From Deltaproteobacteria bacterium (GTDB lineage: Bacteria; Desulfobacterota; Desulfobacteria; Desulfobacterales; ETH-SRB1): DNA of 27,065 bases. The notes beneath the pieces were generated by a model that saw nothing but the letters and a program-made list of their open reading frames with translations, searched no databases and had not been told where the DNA came from. The position numbers and the translations under genes are program-made. Below are positions 7,400 through 15,847 of the stretch, piece after piece (positions within the stretch are counted from its first letter, which is position 1; each line of letters starts with the position of its first letter). The stretch covers positions 1 to 27,065 of the forward strand of contig JAFDFV010000001.1 in assembly GCA_019309665.1 (NCBI GenBank). The letters run 5' to 3'.

Positions 7400-8134
7400 T
7401 CACGGTATCTTACGTGGAACCTCAAGTACCTTACGTTGTGGAACCTCAAGTTCAAGTGCCTTACGTGGAAACCCACCAGGTCGTATTCCAGGTGAAACCT
7501 TAACCGTAACGTTTCTTGTAACTTTTTTACCTTCTTTGTTCCTTGCCATTAATGTATAGGTAGTGGTTTTGTGAGGGCGAACTTCATTTCTACCGGACGG
7601 TCTGAACCTTTTTCCTAAAGGCTCAATTATAACTTCCACAGCATTTTTGGTTTTCCAGGTTAAATTTGATCGTTCGCCTTTTTTTATAGTGGAAGGGGCG
7701 GCTTTAAAAGAAACAATTTCAGGCGGCAGGATTTCAACCTTTTGCCCATTCCCAAAAAACTTTGGAATCACAAAGACTCCTACTAATACCAGGGCCAACA
7801 CAACGACACCAATGCCGGCGCCAATGAGTATTTTGGGCAAGATGGAAGATTTGGGTGTTGAGACAGTCTCTACGGCATCTTCTTCCATAGCAATTTCTAC
7901 GGGAATAATTTGTTCTTCAATTCTACGAGTAAGTGTTTTGGTCTTAAACCCCTCTTTTTTAGCAGTACAGGTCAGGGTTTCTCCTATATAGTCGGTAGAC
8001 TCTTCATGTGCAAAATAACCCTTTCCATCCGAATACAGACTTGCCATTTCAGTAGTTCCAACACTTAGGATAATCTTCGCTTCACCTAAAGGTTCTTTAG
8101 TTCTGGCGCTTATTGCAGTTCCTGTTATCTTCAT
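7400..8134 (-). CDS. Bitopic membrane protein: N-terminal prealbumin-like domain, TM helix, C-terminal Ig/PKD-like domain
   Basis: No signal peptide; ITGTAISARTKEPLGEAKI; TM ILIGAGIGVVVLALVLVGVFVI; PEIVSFKAAPSTIKKGERSNLTWKTKNA...TTYTLMA. Confidence 0.8.
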   Translation of the reverse strand: MKITGTAISARTKEPLGEAKIILSVGTTEMASLYSDGKGYFAHEESTDYIGETLTCTAKKEGFKTKTLTRRIEEQIIPVEIAMEEDAVETVSTPKSSILPKILIGAGIGVVVLALVLVGVFVIPKFFGNGQKVEILPPEIVSFKAAPSTIKKGERSNLTWKTKNAVEVIIEPLGKRFRPSGRNEVRPHKTTTYTLMARNKEGKKVTRNVTVKVSPGIRPGGFPRKALELEVPQRKVLEVPRKIP

Positions 8135-8166
8135 CTTTCCATTCCTCCTTAGAATTGATTTTCGTA

Positions 8167-9021
8167 TTATTCCTCAAGAATATATACCTTATACGAAACC
8201 TTGGCAGCCACATTAGAAAAGTTTTTAAAAAACAGTCGATATTTAACCTGATTGTCAGAAAAACTACTTTCTATTCTCCAACTTATTGCAGTATCCTGCG
8301 TGACTGGATAGGCGCTCACCAAATAATATCTATGAGCATTCTCTATGGGCAGACTCTCTAAAAAGACAGAGGTATCTTCATGGCCTGGTGTCTTCTCCTT
8401 GCTCTTAGCTACCCTTATTTCACCTTCGCGCTTAACTTTTCCCAAGTCTCTCAATCTTGTTGGTCCTTTAACTACTCCAGCCTCTCTTATATTCATTAAG
8501 TCTATCTCGTTTCTCTTTGGATTGAATGAATCTTCAGCATCCTTGATCTCTTTAACTCCTTTGGCCAATTCGATACGAGCTAATTCCAGAATGAGGAAGT
8601 TGTCTGGCTCCTGAGTACTTACTTCTACCTTAGGCCCCTCTTCGACAAAGGCATATCCGGTAAGGGTTGGATTGGCTACATTTTCTCTTTTATCTATTTT
8701 TTGTTCATCGTAGCTAATGGTAATATACACAGTCTGCGGAAGTGTGTAGTCACTAATTCTTATATCTAATTGCTTAGGTTCAGCCAGGAAGAGATCACGT
8801 CCTTCTCCATCAATGGCATAGCCGGGGGCTATATAAAGAGAGAATCTGCCTGCCGGGGTAACCTTTAATTCGCCGGAGTAATTGGGTACTACTCCAGGTA
8901 TATGCAGTGACTTATTGTGGAGTCTCCGCTTTTCTATATGATATTTCTGACCTGCATTCCAATCATCTGCTTTAGTGAAGAATCCTTCAAAAAAACTGAT
9001 CCTTTTAAATATTTCCATCAT
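8167..9021 (-). CDS. eCIS baseplate-peripheral / tail-fibre-base protein
   Basis: RBS aaggag before ATG 9021. N-terminal KRISFFEGFF...DWNAGQKYHIEKRRLHNKSLH.PGVV and IAPGYAIDGEGRDL, the pattern seen at the N-terminus of CIS fibre-attachment proteins. Confidence 0.65.
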   Translation of the reverse strand: MMEIFKRISFFEGFFTKADDWNAGQKYHIEKRRLHNKSLHIPGVVPNYSGELKVTPAGRFSLYIAPGYAIDGEGRDLFLAEPKQLDIRISDYTLPQTVYITISYDEQKIDKRENVANPTLTGYAFVEEGPKVEVSTQEPDNFLILELARIELAKGVKEIKDAEDSFNPKRNEIDLMNIREAGVVKGPTRLRDLGKVKREGEIRVAKSKEKTPGHEDTSVFLESLPIENAHRYYLVSAYPVTQDTAISWRIESSFSDNQVKYRLFFKNFSNVAAKVSYKVYILEE

Positions 9022-9038
9022 TATTATCTCCTTTCTGT

Positions 9039-9926
9039 TCAACCTATATAACAATCCCATCCTATGGTTGAGTGAAATTCAATTTGCATAGGAAAGAGCT
9101 TAGGCCTTTCCTCATCAGGTGTATTAATCTTAAAGTAACAACTTGTGTGGGCCGGCTTCTGGGCATCTATTAATGAGCGAATTTTTTTAATGAGATTATT
9201 TCTTCGTTCTTTTTCTATCTTTCTCTTTTTAATTGAAGTGTATTCAAAAACAGGGTCCCATTCAGGGTCCCACTCTACTATAAAAGAATGAGCGGTATCT
9301 ATCTGCTCCATAATATTTGTATCAATCCCTACGCTTGAGTGTATACCAATTATGAAGCCGGCCGGCCAATTCCATTCCTTGATCTTTACCTCTACCTCGC
9401 CGAACCAGTCCAAAAAGTACTTCAAGCCTTTAGCAGTACCTCGCCATTTATAAAGCTCTGTTGCAATTTTGATAAGGTTCCTCTTCTTCTCTTTGCTCCA
9501 ACTCTCATCCAGAACTAAATCCACCCAGGAGGCTAACCAGGGCAAAAAATCTAAAGGCGCCCGATCAAGATCAAAATAAGTATAGATTTGATCTATTTTG
9601 ACCTCAAGACCTGAGAATATATGCTGAAAAATTTGCAAGAAGTCTTTTAATAAGTTTCCACCACTTATATCTTCCTGGTGATAGATAGCAGGCAGGTACT
9701 GTAAATAACTCCTGCGTGCTACAGTCAGGTCCACCGCCTGTCCCTGATTGAGTAGAAAGCCCGGTTTCGGCTTTTGAGTTAGGACCACCCCTTCCTCTTT
9801 CTCATTGTCCTCATGATATGTAACCTGTCCAAGCGTCAGCCCTGATTGAAAAAGTCTTTCTCCGGCTTCTGAGAGTAATAAATCTATAAGTCCGGGCGTC
9901 CCAATCTGTAACAAAGTTGTTGACAT
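9039..9926 (-). CDS. P2 gpI-like baseplate wedge protein (TIGR02242-type) with an N-terminal PASTA domain
   Basis: YLQYLPAIY, FLPWLASWV and LYKWRGTAKGL, plus C-terminal IDAQKPAHT. Residues 11-70 fit the PASTA pattern. Confidence 0.88.
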   Translation of the reverse strand: MSTTLLQIGTPGLIDLLLSEAGERLFQSGLTLGQVTYHEDNEKEEGVVLTQKPKPGFLLNQGQAVDLTVARRSYLQYLPAIYHQEDISGGNLLKDFLQIFQHIFSGLEVKIDQIYTYFDLDRAPLDFLPWLASWVDLVLDESWSKEKKRNLIKIATELYKWRGTAKGLKYFLDWFGEVEVKIKEWNWPAGFIIGIHSSVGIDTNIMEQIDTAHSFIVEWDPEWDPVFEYTSIKKRKIEKERRNNLIKKIRSLIDAQKPAHTSCYFKINTPDEERPKLFPMQIEFHSTIGWDCYIG

Positions 9927-9935
9927 AAAATTTTC

Positions 9936-12812
9936 CTAACCCGAGATGATATTTATAATGATCTCACCAGGATAGACTAAGGAATTATCCGGTACAGCCA
10001 CTTTCTGGAATCGTGGATTGTCATTTAAGACCAGGTTGGCAACATAGTTTATTCCTTCGATACCCTCAAGAGTTTGGTATATCTCAGAGATATATACATC
10101 TCTGCCAAATTCCCAACCTTCTTGTCTCGGGCCTCCTCTAAGAGGATGAAGAAAACCTCTTAACTCTTCCTCCATCTTCTTTTTCAGTTTGGATGAATGT
10201 TCCGGTATCCCGATGGCTACATCAATTTTTATTGAAATCTTAGTATAACTCGGTTTAACTATCTTAAGTTTAGTGGTGATCAGGCGCCGCTGCTCCAGAT
10301 AATCTCTTACCTTCCCCAATAGTTCAGTACTTGGAGATGGTCTGTCTTCTTTACTTTCAGGAACTATAATAACTGTAACTTCTCCGGGTTTTTCCTCAGT
10401 TGGCAAACATCTTGCTCTAGCTACATTGTTGGAAGCCTCTTTAGTTAATGCCTCAAAGTCATCTTTTGTCACTGCCCGATACCGATGTTTAAGGGTGCTT
10501 GGACCCCGTAATCTTGCTTGTTTCACTGTTTCCTGACCAGCTCCACCACCAGCGGATTCTAAGTTGGTAATAGATTCAATATATGGAATAGAACCCCTGA
10601 GCACAGTAATTGTTCCTGCCCCCACATTACCTATTGCTCCACCACCAACCCTGTACGTACTACATTTTATGTTATTTCTATCTATTGGAGGAATCTTGCC
10701 ATGTCTGCTATCTCCAAAATACACCTTGCCAGCCTGGCAGTCTAAGATATAGTGCCGGCCATCTTCTTTTGATTCGAAGAAGTTAGCTACCTGGCGCCAT
10801 CTTGTCCAAATAGCTTTTCCGGTTGGAGTCTCTTTCTCTTTGACTAAAATTTCTAAATTCGGAAGGATGGGAGCTTGCGAAAAACTAAATATCTGGTTTG
10901 GGTTGCCGTTACTTGAGCCTAAGATTTCATTTTTAAAAGATTTAGCCTGAATCACACTGACGGAGTTAAGATTAATTCCTCGCAACTTAGGTAAATATCC
11001 GTATCTGCAGATCTCCCATCTAGCTCTAATCCAATAAGCCTTAGTGTCAAAGACTTCAGTCCCACTAAAATCAGATGGACCTATAAATGCAATATCGCCG
11101 GCCCGGGTAAAATTTTTGGTGTTATCTTCAATCATCTTCAAGTTTACCCATTTTTTCTTTTCTTTAGACCAATATTCCCAGACTACTACCTGTTGTTCAG
11201 CCTCGGATTTTTTTCTTTGTCGATTTCCTTCATCTGGCGCTTCTTCAGCTACCCAAAAGTAAACTCGATGGAGTTTGTTGCTGAATCGTCGATCAAATCC
11301 CAAATAAAAGGCCGGCGATAACTCCGGATGAATCTTAAAAGGCTGAAAAGAAGTAATTTTTTTCTCGCGCATCTCCTTGTTAATATCCCTAAAGATAAAA
11401 TCATTATAAGCTAAACAATGCTGAGGAGTCATTAACTCTTGACTAAACTTGAGAAAAACAGTCTTGATGGATGGTGGTCTAATGGTTGTAGTTTTCGTGC
11501 CATAATCACCGGCTATGATTCTGGCTCGAATCCAGTGGTTTTTTTCTTCCCCTATCTCTGCAGGGCTAATATCAGGAGGACAGTTAAAAGATATGGAACC
11601 TGTTTTGGTAAAAGCATCAGTTTCATCCATAAAAGCAAATTTACCCAACTCAACACCGACAGGTGTAGTTATACCCAAAATTTTCCACTCTCTATTTTGC
11701 GCCCAATATTCCCAGGCCAATTTTAATTCTTTTAGAGATTCAAAGGGTAAGGGGATATAAAAGTCCGACATTGTTACCTCTAAGGAGATACGAGCATTTT
11801 TTCTTGACAAAACCTCTTGGCTTGCAAGGTAGAAAGCAGTATTTAGCCTGGGCAATTTATCCAAAGGATAAAAATTTCTATTAAAATCAATAGGTAAATA
11901 CTGTGTCTCCTCAACATTTGTGTAGCCGCGCTCCGGCTTTAGTCCCCTGCTTTCTTTAAGTTCCGCAGTTCCTTTGATAGCAACCATATAGGGTAATGCC
12001 CGCCCTCTTTCTACCTTGACCAACCGACAACGAAGCCAGAAACTTTCAATTTCATTGACCTTTGTTTTTTCTATTCCTAATATTTCATCAAAAGTCACAT
12101 AACCACTGTTAGTCAAATTTTTTGTCTCATCAGATAAAGGAATCGTACTCTCCCACCCGGCACCATTCCAGAATTCCCAATCTAAATCTATTCTCTCGGC
12201 AGTATGTTCTGCTAAGAGTTGAAAATAAATTTTAAGCGCCATATCTCCACTCAAAGACAGGAGTTCATTATCGCCAAGATAGAGAATACGCTCTATTTCC
12301 GTATCACTATGAAAGATATAATATGGTTCCTTTGCTAAGGATTCACTTAAAACGCTTTCAGTATGATCCGAAAATCCATAAGGGTCTTTAGAGCAGCATT
12401 TTATTATCTTGATAGAAGTCAGATTAACTTCATGCTCGGTCTCAAATACAATTGCCTCAGCGTTTTTAGTCTGAGCAGTAGCCAACTCTATACCCTTATC
12501 TCCCGGAATTAAATCTTCTTCCCTTGCCCCTTCAACAATTTTAAAGGTAACAACTCCCCTGGCAGGTTGGGCAGGAAGTAGATTTATCCCTATAAGATTC
12601 AGGAATTCTATGTAATTTTTATCAGGAACACGATTGAGTCGGTAGATAATCAGTTCTGTCATCCAGGCAAAAAGTTCAATCAACGTAATGCCTGGATCAC
12701 CGGGATTATAATTTGTCCATTTGGGACAATATCTAGGAATAAGTTTTATTGCCTCATTAACTATATCCTGAAAGGTGCGATCATCTAAATTTGGCGCTTG
12801 TAATTTCGACAC
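9936..12812 (-). CDS. Baseplate J-like protein (Afp11 / TIGR02243-type), 958 aa
   Basis: PNLDDRTFQDIV, WTNYNPGDPGITLIELFAW, LGSSNGNPNQ, YRVGGG.IGNV, RAVTKDDFE and FLHPLRGG motifs. GTG start overlaps the gp25 stop. Confidence 0.95.
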   Translation of the reverse strand: MSKLQAPNLDDRTFQDIVNEAIKLIPRYCPKWTNYNPGDPGITLIELFAWMTELIIYRLNRVPDKNYIEFLNLIGINLLPAQPARGVVTFKIVEGAREEDLIPGDKGIELATAQTKNAEAIVFETEHEVNLTSIKIIKCCSKDPYGFSDHTESVLSESLAKEPYYIFHSDTEIERILYLGDNELLSLSGDMALKIYFQLLAEHTAERIDLDWEFWNGAGWESTIPLSDETKNLTNSGYVTFDEILGIEKTKVNEIESFWLRCRLVKVERGRALPYMVAIKGTAELKESRGLKPERGYTNVEETQYLPIDFNRNFYPLDKLPRLNTAFYLASQEVLSRKNARISLEVTMSDFYIPLPFESLKELKLAWEYWAQNREWKILGITTPVGVELGKFAFMDETDAFTKTGSISFNCPPDISPAEIGEEKNHWIRARIIAGDYGTKTTTIRPPSIKTVFLKFSQELMTPQHCLAYNDFIFRDINKEMREKKITSFQPFKIHPELSPAFYLGFDRRFSNKLHRVYFWVAEEAPDEGNRQRKKSEAEQQVVVWEYWSKEKKKWVNLKMIEDNTKNFTRAGDIAFIGPSDFSGTEVFDTKAYWIRARWEICRYGYLPKLRGINLNSVSVIQAKSFKNEILGSSNGNPNQIFSFSQAPILPNLEILVKEKETPTGKAIWTRWRQVANFFESKEDGRHYILDCQAGKVYFGDSRHGKIPPIDRNNIKCSTYRVGGGAIGNVGAGTITVLRGSIPYIESITNLESAGGGAGQETVKQARLRGPSTLKHRYRAVTKDDFEALTKEASNNVARARCLPTEEKPGEVTVIIVPESKEDRPSPSTELLGKVRDYLEQRRLITTKLKIVKPSYTKISIKIDVAIGIPEHSSKLKKKMEEELRGFLHPLRGGPRQEGWEFGRDVYISEIYQTLEGIEGINYVANLVLNDNPRFQKVAVPDNSLVYPGEIIINIISG

Positions 12813-13213
12813 TATAACTCTCCTTTTTCGTGTAAATAAAAGGGATAAACCAGGTTAAATATGTTATTGGTGCGAATGACTTTATAGTCTATGTTTATAA
12901 GTAACTTGCCAATATCAACCTCATCTTTGGATACATCTACTTTCAGTAGTTCCAGTCTCGGCTCAAACAATATCAAAGCCTCTCTAATATGATGTATGAT
13001 CAACCCCTCAGTGGAAGTATTGACGGGCGCAAATACTAACTTATGGATTCCGCACCCAAAGTCGGGACGCATTAACCTCTCGCCTTTTGAAGTCCCTAAG
13101 ATGATTCGGATGGACTCTTTGATATCCTCCTCGTGGCAGGAGAGAGCAATTCCGCCACTAAGATTGGTTTGAAATGGAAATTTTATACCAACGCCCAAGA
13201 ATTCCTTACTCAT
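12812..13213 (-). CDS. GPW/gp25 baseplate protein (Afp9-like)
   Basis: FLGVGIKFP, IKESIRIILGT.KGERLMRPDFGCG, FEPRL and NLVYPFYL motifs. Confidence 0.95.
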   Translation of the reverse strand: MSKEFLGVGIKFPFQTNLSGGIALSCHEEDIKESIRIILGTSKGERLMRPDFGCGIHKLVFAPVNTSTEGLIIHHIREALILFEPRLELLKVDVSKDEVDIGKLLINIDYKVIRTNNIFNLVYPFYLHEKGEL

Positions 13214-13243
13214 TAGTCTTCTCCGACAAAATATTGAGAAATA

Positions 13244-14104
13244 TCAATTAATATGAACCGTATTACCTTTGATAACCATGGTGCCTTTGGCTTCCATGTT
13301 GATAGAAGCTTTAGAAATAGCCTGGATTTCTTTTGCCGAAAGGGTTATTTTACCCTTTGGCGCCTCTAATTTGATATTTCCGTTCACACTGGTTATTGTT
13401 ATTTCATGTGCTCCATAAGCTATATCTATTGTATTTTCCAGGGCAAAATCCGTAATTATTATAGACTTTGACTCATCGTCCAAGACCATCATCTGCCCAT
13501 CTGTAGTGCAGAATTGTATGCGATGGATCTCATCATTTAAAAATAGTTGATTACCTTTTTTGGTGTTTATTGATATTTCCTTCTTTGCATCGTCTAAGAT
13601 CGCCCGGTGTCCGCCTCTTGTCGTTATAAGTATCTGACCGGCGCCATCATCCAGGGTTATCTCATAGCCTTTGTTCGTTTTTATAATTATTTTCTCTTTT
13701 TTCTCTTCGTTATTATCATCAAAGACGATAACATGACCGCTCCGGGATTTTATGGCGCGGATGTTATTCTTTCCGTCAGCGTTATTAAAAGGCGGTTTTT
13801 GCTTCAATGTCCAAAGCGCTCCGAGCACAAAAGGATAATTGATATCACCATGTTCAAAGGCCACCAAAACATGGTCGCCTACTTCGGGCAGAAAAAAAGT
13901 CCCTCTATCCGGACCGGCCATAAGGGTAGCTATGCGCGCCCAGTAACTTTCATCATTCTCTTGCAACCATGGGAATTTTACCTTAACTCTTCCCAGATTT
14001 TCAGGGTCTTTGTTATTAGTCACAACCCCGACTACAACACCATATAGCTTGGCAGCCTTGTCTTCATCCGCAACAGTATCTGAAAGAGCGTCTCGTAAAC
14101 TCAT
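13244..14104 (-). CDS. Spike protein (gp5/GpV OB-fold plus beta-helix; C-terminal half of a split VgrG)
   Basis: GVVVGVVTNNKDPENLGRVKVKFPWL, WARIA and PEVGDHVLVAFEHGD, followed by repeated G..I..DD beta-strand units. Confidence 0.93.
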   Translation of the reverse strand: MSLRDALSDTVADEDKAAKLYGVVVGVVTNNKDPENLGRVKVKFPWLQENDESYWARIATLMAGPDRGTFFLPEVGDHVLVAFEHGDINYPFVLGALWTLKQKPPFNNADGKNNIRAIKSRSGHVIVFDDNNEEKKEKIIIKTNKGYEITLDDGAGQILITTRGGHRAILDDAKKEISINTKKGNQLFLNDEIHRIQFCTTDGQMMVLDDESKSIIITDFALENTIDIAYGAHEITITSVNGNIKLEAPKGKITLSAKEIQAISKASINMEAKGTMVIKGNTVHIN

Positions 14105-15183
14105 GCGGCATTCCTTTTCACTTCAAATTTAGTCAAATAACCGGTATCATTTATTGTATGTTTCGAGGATGTAATATAATATAGTCCGCTGAACCGTTTT
14201 CCCATGCCTTTTAATTCTATTATTTTACCCGTTCTCACCTCTGGTGTGCCAATGCAAGTTCCACTACCGGTGATATAATCCATAGTTGTTTTATTATACT
14301 TTGCCTTAGCCATTTCTTCAGCCTCATGTTGTGAGCGCACAGGTCTATCTACTATGGCAAATTCGGCATCCGAGTCATAAGCGTCTTCCACAGCTTGAGC
14401 GCCTGTTCTTTTGCCTCCCATCTTAGTGATTTCATCACCATTTTTGGCTATACCAATGAGCTCCTTTTCTTGTAAATTATAGCCCTTAACTATAACCTTG
14501 CTCAGTTGATTGAAGGTATTAAGCCTTGGCGAAAAAGACCTCAAGGTTTTACCCCACTCTAAGACATATAGTTTTCTTTGGCCACTTCCACTCTTCTTAA
14601 AATGAAGAGTCCTATCTGTTACCCATACTTCATAATTAATACTTGCAGCTCTATGTTTCAGGAAATGTATATTATTCTGATTGTTTTGATATACATATGA
14701 GTATCTTTCATCAGTATGATCTACATCAGGGGTCAAATTCATTTCTCTAGCTATCTGAGCGGCAATTTGACTATCACTCATGTCTAAAAAAGGTCGCCTC
14801 CTTCTCTCTCTCCTCAGACGATGATAACGGTTTTGTCCTCTTACAGTCAAAGTAGCGATTCCATCCTGAGAAAATACAGGTTCAAGAGCAGTTATCTCGC
14901 CAACTACCATGGTATGCAAATCATTAGAATAACCTATTTTTATCTCGACTCCACCACCTTCATCAAAAAGTTCAGAATCAATCCTGGTCAATTTATTGCT
15001 ATGAAAGTATTCAGGCTTTTCGTGCCTAACCCATAAGGTGAAGGAGAATATATCCGCAGCATTCAGTTTGTCTTCATAAGTCACATTGATAATATCCTTA
15101 GCTATATCATACTCTAATTTTTTACCGTCAATGCTTATATTGAACAGAGGAACATAATAATCTTTTCTGACTTCATCGGGCAT
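14101..15183 (-). CDS. Late control D / gp27-like hub (N-terminal half of a split VgrG)
   Basis: IEIKIGY, GEITALEP, YQNNQNNIHFL and GMGKRFSGLYYITSSKH motifs. ATG 15183 is preferred over TTG 15204. The stop overlaps the spike ATG (ATGA). Confidence 0.9.
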   Translation of the reverse strand: MPDEVRKDYYVPLFNISIDGKKLEYDIAKDIINVTYEDKLNAADIFSFTLWVRHEKPEYFHSNKLTRIDSELFDEGGGVEIKIGYSNDLHTMVVGEITALEPVFSQDGIATLTVRGQNRYHRLRRERRRRPFLDMSDSQIAAQIAREMNLTPDVDHTDERYSYVYQNNQNNIHFLKHRAASINYEVWVTDRTLHFKKSGSGQRKLYVLEWGKTLRSFSPRLNTFNQLSKVIVKGYNLQEKELIGIAKNGDEITKMGGKRTGAQAVEDAYDSDAEFAIVDRPVRSQHEAEEMAKAKYNKTTMDYITGSGTCIGTPEVRTGKIIELKGMGKRFSGLYYITSSKHTINDTGYLTKFEVKRNAA

Positions 15184-15218
15184 AATTGATATGACCCCCT
15201 CCAAAGCATTCTGTTTGA

Positions 15219-15839
15219 TTATGAAAGGCCTGGAATAGTCAGGACCTGACCTGATTTCAGTATTATGGGATTATCAATACCATTGAAATCCGCTATTAGA
15301 CGCCACTTTCCCGGATCTTTATACTCTTCGCCGGCAATCCCACTTAACGTATCGCCCTCTTTCACGACCCGATAAGTCGTATAATCAGAGGCGTGCAAGG
15401 GGCTGCGCCGTGTTTCAATCTCCGGAGCATTATATTCTTTGAAAATAACGCTTAAAGTTGTACGGACCGGTATTCCACTCTCTAAAAACATGGTGAATCT
15501 CTGACTAACATTTTCAAGGACACAAGTGAATTGCACCTTGCTCCAGCTAAAAAGGCAGACAGGGGGAGCATGGGTAGAAGGTTCAATATCCAATAGACCT
15601 ACTATCTTGTTAGTATACTCGCGAACATCGGTTCTTTTTTCATACGTATCAAAGAAAAGTTCCGTGGAAAGTCTTTTAATATCTCCTCTGACAAATTGCA
15701 AAAAAGGAGAGCCTGTTCCCGGAATTCCGACTTCAGCGAAGCGATTACTCTTTTCAAAAGTATATTCTGCAGGATTGAAGAGTACCTCTATCTTATCTCC
15801 CGTAACGGTATTGACAATAAATGCTTTTTCTAATCCCAT
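15219..15839 (-). CDS. CIS tube-initiator protein with C-terminal LysM (Afp7-like)
   Basis: VLFNPAEY, ELFFDTYE, HAPPVCLFSW and FTMFLESGIPVR motifs; LysM VVKEGDTLSGIA...WRLIADFNGIDNP. Confidence 0.93.
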   Translation of the reverse strand: MGLEKAFIVNTVTGDKIEVLFNPAEYTFEKSNRFAEVGIPGTGSPFLQFVRGDIKRLSTELFFDTYEKRTDVREYTNKIVGLLDIEPSTHAPPVCLFSWSKVQFTCVLENVSQRFTMFLESGIPVRTTLSVIFKEYNAPEIETRRSPLHASDYTTYRVVKEGDTLSGIAGEEYKDPGKWRLIADFNGIDNPIILKSGQVLTIPGLS

Positions 15840-15847
15840 TATACTCC

